Shown: positions 1 through 9,524, counted from the first letter of the stretch. The stretch is 57,220 bases of DNA from Flavobacteriaceae bacterium UBA1115 (GCA_002313325.1 DCBE01000019.1:1-57220); one strand, 5' to 3'. Made by a program: numbers and translations. The notes: generated by a model not told the origin, from the sequence alone.

Positions 1-40
1 ACTGCCAGTCAAGCGCTCTAGCCAACTGAGCTACATCCCC
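1..40 (-). tRNA. tRNA-Ala(GGC), 5' portion only (gene runs off the window start)
   Basis: The reverse complement of 1-40 reads GGGGATGTAGCTCAGTTGGCTAGAGCGCTTGACTGGCAGT. It shows an acceptor strand, D arm GCTC/GAGC, anticodon stem CTTGA and loop CTGGCAG (anticodon GGC). The T arm and 3' end lie outside the window. Confidence 0.7.
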
Positions 41-69
41 GTATCAAGCAAAAATAAATCATTTTTATT

Positions 70-846
70 TTATCGTTTTATTAAGGCAGATAAGTAGTTG
101 GGTAGTGCAGCTATTGAAGATATAATCCCGTCGGGTTTAATTTGACTTTGATCTACAAGATCTTTTCGGTACTTCCCTGTTTGTACTAATACAGCGTGAT
201 AGCCTGCATTTTGGGCACCTTCAATATCATTGATTAAGTCATCACCTACCATAATTAATTCATCTGTCGCGGCTTTTAAAAGTGCAGTGCTCATCTCAAA
301 AAATGCAGTATTAGGCTTGCCCACTACATGCGCCTTTTTCCCTGTTGCATGCTCTAGTGCAGCCACAAAAGCACCACTGTCAAGCATTAGGCCTTTGTCG
401 GTTTGAAAATAACGACCCTTATGAAGTGCGATCAGTTGTGCACCCTCAAGAATTTGATTCATCAAAGTATTTAGTAAGTCATAATCCCATTCGTTGCCAA
501 TGTCTCCAATAACAATCGCCTCTGGGTCGTAATCAACAGATGTTGGATAGTCAGCTTGTGCATCCTCAGCCAGCACCAATCTACAACGGTCCAGACCCAT
601 TTTTTGCAATTGCAGAACACCAGCATAGTTGGCACTCAACAATTCGTGCTCTCTTATGTCAAGGCCCAAATGGTGGAGTTTAGCAACAAGCGAACTTCTT
701 GATAAAGTGGTGTTGTTTGTTACAAAACGATATCCGATGCCTTGTGCACGTAGCCAAGCAAGAGTTCTTTTTCCGCCAGGGAGTAATTCATTCCCCACAT
801 AAAACACCCCATCTAAATCAAACAAAACACCTTTAATGGATTTCAT
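70..846 (-). CDS. HAD-superfamily subfamily IIA hydrolase (NagD-like sugar phosphatase family)
   Basis: The ORF 70..855 has the motifs FDLDGV (nucleophile Asp), FVTNNTT, GKPN and GDDLINDI. ATG at 846 (MKSIKG...) is preferred over the upstream TTG at 855. Confidence 0.8.
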   Translation of the reverse strand: MKSIKGVLFDLDGVFYVGNELLPGGKRTLAWLRAQGIGYRFVTNNTTLSRSSLVAKLHHLGLDIREHELLSANYAGVLQLQKMGLDRCRLVLAEDAQADYPTSVDYDPEAIVIGDIGNEWDYDLLNTLMNQILEGAQLIALHKGRYFQTDKGLMLDSGAFVAALEHATGKKAHVVGKPNTAFFEMSTALLKAATDELIMVGDDLINDIEGAQNAGYHAVLVQTGKYRKDLVDQSQIKPDGIISSIAALPNYLSALIKR

Positions 847-867
847 TCCTATCAACCGTTTATTCCG

Positions 868-875
868 TATTTTTG
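868..875 (+). promoter_or_regulatory. Bacteroidota-type -7 box TATTTTTG upstream of the enoyl-CoA hydratase gene
   Basis: Exact match to the TAnnTTTG consensus, 15 nt upstream of ATG 891. Confidence 0.35.
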
Positions 876-890
876 CTAAATAACAAAGAT

Positions 891-1664
891 ATGGGGAATC
901 AACGCATAAATGAAGGAGTACATTTGGATAGTTTAGCTAATGTAGCTACAATATGCTTTGCCCACCCCAAGCAAAATTGTTTTCCGCAGGCACAACTCAA
1001 AGCACTCACCAAAGCCATTGAAACTTGTACTAAAGATGATAGCGTCAAAGTGATATTATTAAAAAGCGATCCAACGAACGCATTTTGTGCCGGGGCATCT
1101 TTTGATGAATTATTAACCGTGCAAACACATAAACAAGGGAAAAACTTTTTTATGGGTTTTGCCAATCTAATTAACGCAATGCGATTGTGTTCTAAGCCTA
1201 TTGTTGCTCGTATTCACGGGAAGGCAATCGGCGGAGGTGTTGGCATCGTAGCTGCTTGTGATTATGCCATTGCGACTAATTTTGCAGCCGTACGTCTTTC
1301 AGAATTAGCAATTGGCATAGGTCCTTTTGTGATTGCTCCTGCCTTAGCTCGTAAAATTGGATCAGCTTCGCTCGCTTCTTTGGCTTTACAGCCTAATGAA
1401 TGGAAAACAGCTGACTGGGCCTTATCAAAAGGGCTGTATGCAGAAGTACATCCTGATTTTGAAACCGCTGATAGCGCTGCCATAGCCTTGGCAAAACAGC
1501 TGGCAACCTATGCTACAGAAGCCTTAGCGGAACTAAATAAAACTCTTTGGGCTGATACCGACCACTGGGCGGAATTATTACCTAAAAACGCAGAAATTTC
1601 TGGAAGACTATTGTTACTTCCTGAAACACAACAAACCTTGCATCAACTAAAATCAAATAAATGA
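891..1664 (+). CDS. enoyl-CoA hydratase/isomerase (crotonase) family protein
   Basis: The ORF 873..1664 has the crotonase pattern FCAGASFDEL ... GKAIGGGVGIVAACDY. ATG at 891 is preferred over TTG at 873, which overlaps the -7 box. Confidence 0.8.
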   Translation: MGNQRINEGVHLDSLANVATICFAHPKQNCFPQAQLKALTKAIETCTKDDSVKVILLKSDPTNAFCAGASFDELLTVQTHKQGKNFFMGFANLINAMRLCSKPIVARIHGKAIGGGVGIVAACDYAIATNFAAVRLSELAIGIGPFVIAPALARKIGSASLASLALQPNEWKTADWALSKGLYAEVHPDFETADSAAIALAKQLATYATEALAELNKTLWADTDHWAELLPKNAEISGRLLLLPETQQTLHQLKSNK

Positions 1665-2110
1665 GTACCATTCGAATTACAAAAAGCTTTTCATTTGAAA
1701 CAGCACATGCACTTTATGGCTACGATGGGTTATGTAAAAATATTCATGGCCACAGCTACAAACTTGAGGTTACAGTTATTGGAACACCAATAGTAGACAA
1801 TAGCCATATCAAATTTGGAATGGTGATTGATTTTAAAGATTTAAAGAAGATAATTAAATCTGAAATTGTGGATGTGTTTGATCATGCAACTGTATTTAAT
1901 CAAAACACGCCTCATTTAGAAATAGCAAAAATCCTTAAATCGAATGGGCATAAAGTTCAGTTGGTTGACTATCAACCTACAACCGAAGAAATGATAATCG
2001 ATTTTGCAGCTAAAATAAAGTCTAAATTACCCAATTCTGTTAAACTACATCATTTACGCCTACAAGAAACAGCCACCTGTTATGCGGAGTGGTTTGCTAC
2101 CGATCAGTAA
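1661..2110 (+). CDS. queD: 6-carboxy-5,6,7,8-tetrahydropterin synthase (6-pyruvoyl-tetrahydropterin synthase family)
   Basis: 149 aa with FSFETAHAL, CKNIHGHSYKLEV and DHATVFN motifs. ATGA overlap with the upstream gene. Confidence 0.85.
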   Translation: MSTIRITKSFSFETAHALYGYDGLCKNIHGHSYKLEVTVIGTPIVDNSHIKFGMVIDFKDLKKIIKSEIVDVFDHATVFNQNTPHLEIAKILKSNGHKVQLVDYQPTTEEMIIDFAAKIKSKLPNSVKLHHLRLQETATCYAEWFATDQ

Positions 2111-2114
2111 TTTG

Positions 2115-2122
2115 TACTTTTG
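2115..2122 (+). promoter_or_regulatory. -7 box TACTTTTG, 4 nt upstream of the lpxH ATG
   Basis: Exact TAnnTTTG match, then catt, then ATG 2127. Confidence 0.4.
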
Positions 2123-2126
2123 CATT

Positions 2127-2885
2127 ATGGATATACCTAAGGGTAAAAAAGTATACTTCGCTTCTGACAACCATCTAGGCGCACCCACAGCTGATAAAAG
2201 TCGTATACGCGAAAAGCGGTTTATCGCTTGGTTGAATAGTATCAAAAAAGATGCGGCCGCCATTTATCTTATGGGGGACTTATTTGATGTTTGGATTGAA
2301 TACAGGCGTGTTGTTCCAAAGGGATTTGTACGTATATTAGGCAAACTAGCTGAACTAACCGATAGTGGTATTCCTATATACTTTTTTGTGGGGAACCACG
2401 ACATGTGGATGAAGGGCTATTTTGAAGAAGAGCTGAATATCCCCGTTTATTATGAGCCTCTGGAAATTACACTCAATGATAAGAAATTACTAATTGGTCA
2501 CGGAGACGGGTTAGGTCCCGGCGACAAGGGATATAAGCTTGTTAAAAAGGTATTTACCAACAAATTGTTCCAATTCTTTTTCCTTCGGATTCATCCTGAT
2601 ATAGGCTTGCGTTTAGCACAATACCTATCGCTTAAAAACAGGTCAATTTCAGCTGGTGAAGACAAAAAATATGAAGGACCAGACAGTGAATGGCTGGTGC
2701 ACTATTGCCGAAAAAAACTAGAAACTAAAGACCTAGACTATTTTGTGTTTGGTCACCGTCATTTACCGCTTGATATTGAGTTGCCCAAAAATGCCCGCTA
2801 TATCAATTTAGGTGATTGGATTGAGTACAATACCTACGCAGTCTATGACGGAGATAAACTCACCCTTATCACTTGGGATGATTGA
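2127..2885 (+). CDS. lpxH: UDP-2,3-diacylglucosamine diphosphatase (metallophosphoesterase)
   Basis: The ORF 2082..2885 has YFASDNHLG, GDLFDVW, GNHD and GHRH motifs. ATG 2127 (MDIPKGKKVYF) is chosen because the longer start lies inside queD. Confidence 0.85.
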   Translation: MDIPKGKKVYFASDNHLGAPTADKSRIREKRFIAWLNSIKKDAAAIYLMGDLFDVWIEYRRVVPKGFVRILGKLAELTDSGIPIYFFVGNHDMWMKGYFEEELNIPVYYEPLEITLNDKKLLIGHGDGLGPGDKGYKLVKKVFTNKLFQFFFLRIHPDIGLRLAQYLSLKNRSISAGEDKKYEGPDSEWLVHYCRKKLETKDLDYFVFGHRHLPLDIELPKNARYINLGDWIEYNTYAVYDGDKLTLITWDD

Positions 2886-4089
2886 AAATAAAGAACACGA
2901 TTACGAATATGCCGTATTGATAGGCATCATCAGTCAGGAGCAATCCGCACAGCAAGTCAGTGATTATATGGATGAATTGGCTTTTTTGACCTTGACCGCA
3001 GGAGGTGAAGTAAAAAAACGCTTTACGCAAAAGCTAAACACCCCACACCCAAAGACCTTTATCGGAAGTGGAAAAATGGAAGACGTTCGTGCTTATGTCA
3101 AAAAACATGACATCAGCAACGTTGTTTTTGACGACGAGCTAACACCCGCCCAGCAGGCCAATATAGAAGAACTTTTAAAGTGTAAGATTTTAGACCGCAC
3201 CGGATTAATCTTAGACATATTTGCGCAACGCGCCAAGACCAGCTATGCGCGCACCCAAGTGGAGTTGGCACAATATCAATATTTACTTCCTAGACTAAAG
3301 GGATTGTGGACACACTTGGAGCGTCAACGCGGTGGTATTGGCATGCGTGGGCCTGGTGAAACGGAAATAGAAACCGATCGACGAATTGTCCGCGATAAAA
3401 TATCCTTGTTAAAGAAAAAACTTACCACCATAGATCGTCAGATGGCAACACAACGAGGCAACCGGGGTTCGCTGATTCGTATAGTACTTGTGGGCTATAC
3501 CAATGTGGGAAAATCTACCTTGATGAATGTGCTCAGTAAAAGTGACGTGTTTGCCGAAAACAAGCTCTTTGCCACTTTGGATACCACCGTTCGCAAGGTT
3601 GTGATTGGCAACCTGCCATTTTTACTATCCGACACTGTTGGATTTATCCGCAAGCTGCCAACGCAACTAGTAGAGAGTTTTAAAAGTACCCTTGAAGAGG
3701 TAAACGAGGCTGATTTGTTGCTGCATGTAGTTGATATTGCCCACCCACAGTTTGAGGCGCATATTGCTTCGGTAAACGAACTGCTGGCAGAGCTAAAAGT
3801 TCAGGACAAACCCACACTTATGGTTTTTAACAAAATCGATGCCTATAAGGCCGAACCCTATGACGAAACGGACCTAATCCTTGAGCGTGGCAGCGAGCAC
3901 TACAGTTTGGAGGAGTGGAAAGAGACATGGATGTCAAAAACGCAAGGAGATGCTGTGTTTGTTTCAGCCGCTAAAAAAACCAATATGGAATATTTTCGGA
4001 ATCGTGTATATCAAAAAGTACGTGAACAACACATTACGCACTTTCCCTACAATCACTTTCTGTATCCAGATATTGAAGTGGAGGAATAA
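2878..4089 (+). CDS. hflX: GTPase HflX
   Basis: The ORF 2812..4089 has an HflX N-terminal domain plus G motifs GYTNVGKSTLMN, DTVGF and NKID. ATG 2878 (MIENKEHDYEYAVLIGI) gives an 8-nt overlap with the lpxH stop. Confidence 0.9.
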   Translation: MIENKEHDYEYAVLIGIISQEQSAQQVSDYMDELAFLTLTAGGEVKKRFTQKLNTPHPKTFIGSGKMEDVRAYVKKHDISNVVFDDELTPAQQANIEELLKCKILDRTGLILDIFAQRAKTSYARTQVELAQYQYLLPRLKGLWTHLERQRGGIGMRGPGETEIETDRRIVRDKISLLKKKLTTIDRQMATQRGNRGSLIRIVLVGYTNVGKSTLMNVLSKSDVFAENKLFATLDTTVRKVVIGNLPFLLSDTVGFIRKLPTQLVESFKSTLEEVNEADLLLHVVDIAHPQFEAHIASVNELLAELKVQDKPTLMVFNKIDAYKAEPYDETDLILERGSEHYSLEEWKETWMSKTQGDAVFVSAAKKTNMEYFRNRVYQKVREQHITHFPYNHFLYPDIEVEE

Positions 4090-4091
4090 GC

Positions 4092-4973
4092 TTACTTCAG
4101 CTTCAAACGCAGACCAATACCAAATACTTGCCTTACCTGAAGGTTTTGCACCGCATTGTCATCGTATACTAACTGTATGATGAGGTTAGTAGAGATACGT
4201 TCATTGACTTTCATTTCAGCGCTTATTTGATAGTCTAAGTCTACATTTTCAGCTTGGTCTAAATAGTCTGAATAAAGCCCTAACCGTTGTTCGAGCGTGA
4301 TGTTTTCTAGTGGTGAAAATTTATAAAAGGCATTAACCGAGGCACCCAATTCAAAGCGATGGTTATCCCCTTTGCGAACACCAAAGTATTCTTGCCCTTC
4401 TTGCAAATCGGCGGTAAACTTTCTGCTCACGAGCGTAAGTCGTTGGGTAATGGGTGCCATGTTCACCCAAATGTCTTTGCTTTTTTTCCAGTACAAACCA
4501 ACCCCCAATTGAATATAAACAGGAGAGAAAAACTGCGTTCTCAAACTTCTGGTTTCTTCACTTTCGCTATTTTTACCAAAAGTATAACCGCGGGCAAACT
4601 GCGTTTTTACGCCAAAAACCGTTGAGTAACTCCATTTTTTAGAGAAGCTTTTACCTAAAAATGATTGTAAGTCAATTCGGTCGTTGGTTTTACGTAAAAA
4701 TTTGGTGCCACTAATTTTGGTTAAACCAAAGTCTCCTAAAAACTTGGTATCCCAATTCCAGCCATTTCTTTTGAAACTAATATCATAGTCTGTGTGAAAG
4801 CTAAGCGAAATACTGTTTTGTCCTCCGGACGCCCATTCGCTAAAGGCAGATTGGTTGAATAAAAAAGTTGCGTTCCCGCCCCTTTTCCAGCCCTCATCTG
4901 AAGGAGCTTCGGAATCATTTTGAGCAATCAACATCTGGGAGCCAATTAAGGCTATGAATAGACATCTCATCAT
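4092..4973 (-). CDS. DUF3078-family outer-membrane beta-barrel protein
   Basis: The ORF 4092..5045 has a signal peptide from MMRCLFIALIGSQMLIAQ, a WKRGGNATFLFNQSAFSEWASGGQNSISL motif and alternating beta-strand pattern. Start is taken at 4973. Confidence 0.7.
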   Translation of the reverse strand: MMRCLFIALIGSQMLIAQNDSEAPSDEGWKRGGNATFLFNQSAFSEWASGGQNSISLSFHTDYDISFKRNGWNWDTKFLGDFGLTKISGTKFLRKTNDRIDLQSFLGKSFSKKWSYSTVFGVKTQFARGYTFGKNSESEETRSLRTQFFSPVYIQLGVGLYWKKSKDIWVNMAPITQRLTLVSRKFTADLQEGQEYFGVRKGDNHRFELGASVNAFYKFSPLENITLEQRLGLYSDYLDQAENVDLDYQISAEMKVNERISTNLIIQLVYDDNAVQNLQVRQVFGIGLRLKLK

Positions 4974-4983
4974 GTGTAAAGGC

Positions 4984-5490
4984 TTAGGGTTTCTTATACA
5001 AAGGTACAGAAGAGCAGGCTTCTCCGAAAGATAATTTTTTAACAATTGGGGTTAATTTAGCAGCCAACAGTCCCAGCGCTTGTCCTGGCACGGGCTTGTT
5101 TGAGCAGCCTTTTATCATCACTAGGCCATCTTGGTAGCGTGTAAAATCCATATGCGCCAGTTGCTCGATAAAAAGCTGCTGTTCCAAATCAGTTGCTGTT
5201 CCCACCGCAACATACTTAGCTATGGGTTGTAAATGGGTAACCACCAGCAATGTTGCCCATTGCGGTACCAGAATATCATCTGGGCAATGCACGGCTACAA
5301 ATCGATCTCGATATTTGTTCCAATCATGAGATTGAAGTCTTTCGCGGAAGGTCTGCTCGCGCAAAACAACCCCGTCATCTAAAAAATCAGTAATTGAAAG
5401 TTGGGTGCGCGTTCCTTCTTGGTAGAGCTCTTCCAAGTCAATAACTTGAAGCGCACTGTTTGCCACACGATTGATAATTTGGTCACTCAT
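4984..5490 (-). CDS. DUF2480 family protein (SUF-operon associated, function unknown)
   Basis: 168 aa. The N terminus MSDQIINRVANSALQVIDLEELYQEG is typical of DUF2480 as I recall it. It is the last gene of the suf cluster. Confidence 0.65.
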   Translation of the reverse strand: MSDQIINRVANSALQVIDLEELYQEGTRTQLSITDFLDDGVVLREQTFRERLQSHDWNKYRDRFVAVHCPDDILVPQWATLLVVTHLQPIAKYVAVGTATDLEQQLFIEQLAHMDFTRYQDGLVMIKGCSNKPVPGQALGLLAAKLTPIVKKLSFGEACSSVPLYKKP

Positions 5491-5801
5491 TATAAAAATC
5501 CAAGTTCTAGTTTAGCCTCTTCACTGATTAAATCTCGTGTCCATGGCGGGTCAAAAGTGAGCTCTAGTTCAACCTCATTTACTTCGTATAGTTCACGCAC
5601 TTTTTCCTTTACTTCTTGTGGCAAACTTTCAGCCACAGGGCAGTTTGGTGTGGTGAGGGTCATCAAAATTTTGACATCATTATCTTCATTGACAAAAACG
5701 TCGTAAATGAGTCCTAGCTCGTAGATATCAACCGGAATTTCGGGATCGAAAATCGTCTTCAGTACACGAACAATTTTTTCGCCAAGTGCTTCAGTATCCA
5801 C
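5490..5801 (-). CDS. sufT: DUF59/SufT-type Fe-S cluster assembly protein
   Basis: 103 aa with IFDPEIPVDIYELGLIY ... TLTTPNCPVAE (conserved Cys of DUF59). Confidence 0.8.
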   Translation of the reverse strand: MDTEALGEKIVRVLKTIFDPEIPVDIYELGLIYDVFVNEDNDVKILMTLTTPNCPVAESLPQEVKEKVRELYEVNEVELELTFDPPWTRDLISEEAKLELGFL

Positions 5802-5803
5802 AG

Positions 5804-6226
5804 TTAAGAGAGTTGCGTTTGATACGCCAAGGCGTACATTTTAAGTTGTTTTATCATGGACACCAATCCATTTGCTCGGGTTGGCGATAGGTGTTCTTTA
5901 AGTCCAATCTCGTCAATAAAATGGGTTTCAGCAGCCAAAATTTCTTTGGGCGGTTGATTGGAAAACGCACGAATCAAAATGGCAATGATGCCTTTGGTAA
6001 TGATGGCATCGCTGTCTGCTGTAAAAACAATTTTATCGTCGTCTAGTTCGGCGTGAACCCAAACCTTACTTTGACAACCTTTGATGACGTTGTCATCCGT
6101 TTTGTGTGCTTGGTCAATAAGCGGAAGTGATTTACCAAGTTCAATCATATACTCATAGCGCTGCATCCAGTCGTCAAACATGGAAAATTCAGACACAATT
6201 TCGGCTTGTTCGGTAGCTATACTCAT
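5804..6226 (-). CDS. sufE: SufE-family sulfur acceptor protein
   Basis: 140 aa with the KGCQSKVW motif (persulfide-accepting Cys), located downstream of sufS. Confidence 0.85.
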   Translation of the reverse strand: MSIATEQAEIVSEFSMFDDWMQRYEYMIELGKSLPLIDQAHKTDDNVIKGCQSKVWVHAELDDDKIVFTADSDAIITKGIIAILIRAFSNQPPKEILAAETHFIDEIGLKEHLSPTRANGLVSMIKQLKMYALAYQTQLS

Positions 6227-6242
6227 AGGTTAAAGATAAGGA

Positions 6243-7469
6243 TTAACGCAACATGCCCACAGCTTTTTCTACACCCGCTATAAATCGCTCTACTTCTTCG
6301 TGGGTATTGTAAAAAGCGAAGGACGCTCTTACGGTACCTGGAATTTGGAAATGATCCATTATGGGTTGGCAACAGTGATGTCCCGTTCGAACCGCAATGC
6401 CCATTTTATCTAAGAGCGTGCCAATGTCATAAGGATGTAGTCCTTCCACATTGAAAGAAATTACGGCCACTTTGTTGTCGACATCACCATATATGTGTAA
6501 GCCCTCAATTTTTCTAAGCTTTTCGGTAGCATGGCGCATTAAATCGTTTTCATGTGCAGCAATGGCATCAAATCCAATGTTATTCATATAATCCACCGCA
6601 GCACCAAACCCCACACCACCAGCAATATTGGGCGTTCCTGCCTCAAACTTATGAGGTAAATCGGCATAGGTGGTTTTGTCAAAAGTTACTTGATCAATCA
6701 TTTCTCCACCTCCTTGATAGGGGGGAAGTTTGCGTAACCACGCTTCTTTACCATACAAGGCACCCATGCCAGTAGGACCACATATTTTATGTGCCGAAGT
6801 GGTATAAAATTCAACATCTAATGCTTGTACATCGGGGATTATATGGGGAGTGGCTTGCGCACCATCGATAAGCACGGCAGCGCCAAAGGCATGTGCCTCT
6901 TCAATTATTTCTTCAATGGGGTTAATAATACCTAGTGCATTGGACACATGATTGACAAAAACCACTTTGGTTCGATCCCCAAGCAAATCGGCATAGACGC
7001 TCATGTCCAAGGTCCCGTTTTCGTTAATGGGAATTACCTTTAGTTGTGCCCCTGTGCGCTCACAGAGCATTTGCCAAGGCACAATATTAGCGTGATGCTC
7101 CAATGTTGAAACGATGAGTTCATCTCCTTTTTCCAAGAATGACGCAAAACCATTGGCAACGAGGTTAATGGAATGTGTTGTTCCTGAGGTAAAGATAATT
7201 TCATGCGCCTGTGCGGCATTAAAATGCGTTTGTATTTTTTGTCGCGCTGCTTCAAACTGATCTGTTGCTTCTTGGCTAAGTGCGTGTACGCCCCTGTGAA
7301 TGTTGGCATTGGTGTGCTTATAATAATCGCTTATGGCATCAATAACTGCAAGTGGTGTCTGCGAAGTCGCTGCATTGTCTAAATACACCAACGGCTGTCC
7401 GTTTACTTGGCGTTGTAATATGGGAAAATCAGCGCGTATTTGCGAAATATCAATGGTAGTGCTATACAT
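6243..7469 (-). CDS. sufS: cysteine desulfurase, SufS type (class V aminotransferase)
   Basis: The ORF 6243..7478 has HHANIVPW, the PLP-Lys motif SAHKICGPTG and the catalytic Cys motif RTGHHCCQP. ATG 7469 sits just after the sufD stop. Confidence 0.9.
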   Translation of the reverse strand: MYSTTIDISQIRADFPILQRQVNGQPLVYLDNAATSQTPLAVIDAISDYYKHTNANIHRGVHALSQEATDQFEAARQKIQTHFNAAQAHEIIFTSGTTHSINLVANGFASFLEKGDELIVSTLEHHANIVPWQMLCERTGAQLKVIPINENGTLDMSVYADLLGDRTKVVFVNHVSNALGIINPIEEIIEEAHAFGAAVLIDGAQATPHIIPDVQALDVEFYTTSAHKICGPTGMGALYGKEAWLRKLPPYQGGGEMIDQVTFDKTTYADLPHKFEAGTPNIAGGVGFGAAVDYMNNIGFDAIAAHENDLMRHATEKLRKIEGLHIYGDVDNKVAVISFNVEGLHPYDIGTLLDKMGIAVRTGHHCCQPIMDHFQIPGTVRASFAFYNTHEEVERFIAGVEKAVGMLR

Positions 7470-8778
7470 CAAAGCCAATATTTACACCCAGTTTTTCGGC
7501 AATCAATTTATTGATGCGCTTTTTGACCGAGTCGATTTTAACACTTTGAAGCACATTGTTGGCAAAGGCATAAGTCAATAAGCCCCTTGCTTCTTTTGTG
7601 GGGATGCCACGTGTTTGCATGTAAAACAACGCATCTTCGTCTAACTGACCTATGGTACAGCCATGACTACACTTCACATCGTCGGCGAAAATCTCCAACT
7701 GGGGCTTGGTGTTGATGCTTGCCTTGTCATCCATTAAAATATTATTGTTTTGCTGAAAGGCATTTGTTTTTTGCGCCTTTTTCTCAACAATTATTTTTCC
7801 GTTAAATACACCCGTTGATTTTTCAGCAAAAATTCCTTTATAGTCTTGGTGGCTTTCGCTATTTGGTTGGGCGTGGTGCACCAAGGTGTGGTGATCCACA
7901 AATTGGCTACCTTCAATAAGTGTAATACCTTTCATCGTGGAGTTGATTTCCGGATCTTTATGATAGAAGTTCAGGTTGTTTCGGGTTAGTTTTCCGCCAA
8001 AAGAAAAGGTGTGCACTTTGGCATGACTGTGCTTTCGTTGCGAAATATAGGTGCTGTCAATAAGCGAAGCCGTTGTTTGGTCGTTTTGTATTTTGTAGTA
8101 ATCCAATTGTGCATTTTGCTCGTTAAAAATTTCAGTTACCACATTGGTAAAAGATTCGTTTGTTGTCAAGCTTTGGTGGCGCTCCACAATTTGTATTTCC
8201 GCATTTTTCTCAACCACAATGAGGTTGCGTGGTTGCAGCAATAGACTTGGATTTTTATCCGTGGTAAAATGGATGATTTGCACAGGTTTCTCCACCAATT
8301 TTCCTTCTGGAACATGAATGTATGCCCCCTCTTTTGTAAAGGCAGTATTGAGCGCTGTTAATGAAGCGTCTTTTGCTGCAATTTGATTGAAGTATTTCTT
8401 AATCGTAGCCGCATACTTTGGCTTGGTGAGTGCCGCCGATAGCAAGCAAACATCAACGCCTACATGTGTGGTTTCCGATAGATAAGCATTATAAATACCA
8501 TCTACAAAAACAATTTTATAAGTATCAACATCTTGCAAGATGTATTCTTTTACCTCGTCTAATTTTAGACTTACTTCCTCTTTTGGGAAAACCGTATAGT
8601 TCGTTTTGATGAGGTTACGTAAAGGCGTGTATTTCCAGTCCTCTTCTTTTTTGGTAGGAAAGCCTTGCTGCTCAAAAACTTCAATAGCAGCCGCACGCTG
8701 GTCTTGCAGTTTATGTTGCGGGCCATATTGAGCGTCAAATGCCAAGTATGAAGACAATAAGGTTTCTTTTAAATCCAT
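7462..8778 (-). CDS. sufD: Fe-S cluster assembly protein SufD
   Basis: 438 aa with the SufBD beta-helix C-terminal pattern (QLEIFADDVKCSHGCTIGQLD). Sits between sufC and sufS. Confidence 0.9.
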   Translation of the reverse strand: MDLKETLLSSYLAFDAQYGPQHKLQDQRAAAIEVFEQQGFPTKKEEDWKYTPLRNLIKTNYTVFPKEEVSLKLDEVKEYILQDVDTYKIVFVDGIYNAYLSETTHVGVDVCLLSAALTKPKYAATIKKYFNQIAAKDASLTALNTAFTKEGAYIHVPEGKLVEKPVQIIHFTTDKNPSLLLQPRNLIVVEKNAEIQIVERHQSLTTNESFTNVVTEIFNEQNAQLDYYKIQNDQTTASLIDSTYISQRKHSHAKVHTFSFGGKLTRNNLNFYHKDPEINSTMKGITLIEGSQFVDHHTLVHHAQPNSESHQDYKGIFAEKSTGVFNGKIIVEKKAQKTNAFQQNNNILMDDKASINTKPQLEIFADDVKCSHGCTIGQLDEDALFYMQTRGIPTKEARGLLTYAFANNVLQSVKIDSVKKRINKLIAEKLGVNIGFDV

Positions 8779-9524
8779 TAGGCGCCTTGTTTTATCCAGT
8801 CGTATCCTTTTTTTTCTAACTCAAGGGCGAGCTCTTTGGTCCCAGACTTCACAATCTTACCTTCGTGTAGGACGTGAACAAAATCAGGAACAATGTGCTC
8901 TAGTAAACGTTGGTAGTGCGTGATAACAACAATTGCCCTATCCTTGCCCCTAAGTTTGTTTACGCCATTGGCTACAATACGCAAGGCATCAATGTCCAAA
9001 CCCGAATCGGTTTCGTCCAATATGGCAAGCTTGGGTTCAAGCATGGCCATTTGAAAAATTTCATTTCGCTTCTTTTCGCCACCAGAAAAACCTTCGTTTA
9101 GTGAGCGCGACAAAAACCGGGAATCAATTTCCAAAAGGGCGGCCTTTTCACGAATTTTTTTCAGCATTTCGTTCGCAGGCATGTCTTCCAAGCCTTTTAC
9201 TTTTCGGTTTTGATTGATGGCTGTTTTTATAAAATTAGTTACCGTTACGCCAGGAATTTCAACGGGATATTGAAACGATAAAAAGATGCCTTTGTGTGCA
9301 CGTTCGTCTGCAGTTAAATCAGCAATATCCTCTCCATCAAACAAAATTGTTCCTTGAGAAATTTCATAATCTTCATGACCAGCAACAACGGTCGAAAGCG
9401 TACTCTTTCCAGAGCCATTTGGCCCCATGATGGCATGTACTTCCCCAGGCTTTACGTCTAGGTTAATCCCTTGTAAAATGGTTTTGCCTTCACAGCCGGC
9501 ATGTAAATTGTCTATGCTTAACAT
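8778..9524 (-). CDS. sufC: Fe-S cluster assembly ATPase SufC
   Basis: 248 aa with Walker A GPNGSGKST, ABC signature FSGGEKKR and Walker B ILDETDSGLD. Confidence 0.95.
   Translation of the reverse strand: MLSIDNLHAGCEGKTILQGINLDVKPGEVHAIMGPNGSGKSTLSTVVAGHEDYEISQGTILFDGEDIADLTADERAHKGIFLSFQYPVEIPGVTVTNFIKTAINQNRKVKGLEDMPANEMLKKIREKAALLEIDSRFLSRSLNEGFSGGEKKRNEIFQMAMLEPKLAILDETDSGLDIDALRIVANGVNKLRGKDRAIVVITHYQRLLEHIVPDFVHVLHEGKIVKSGTKELALELEKKGYDWIKQGA

Noticed and set aside
2082-2126. N-terminally extended versions of several track ORFs: lpxH from 2082, hflX from 2812, DUF3078 from 5045, sufA from 11708, aminopeptidase from 14167, panC from 31832, rpsB from 43182, DUF2723 from 51019.
   Set aside because: In each case the extension overlaps the neighbouring gene or a promoter box and lacks homology. 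An internal ATG reproduces the conserved N terminus of the family.
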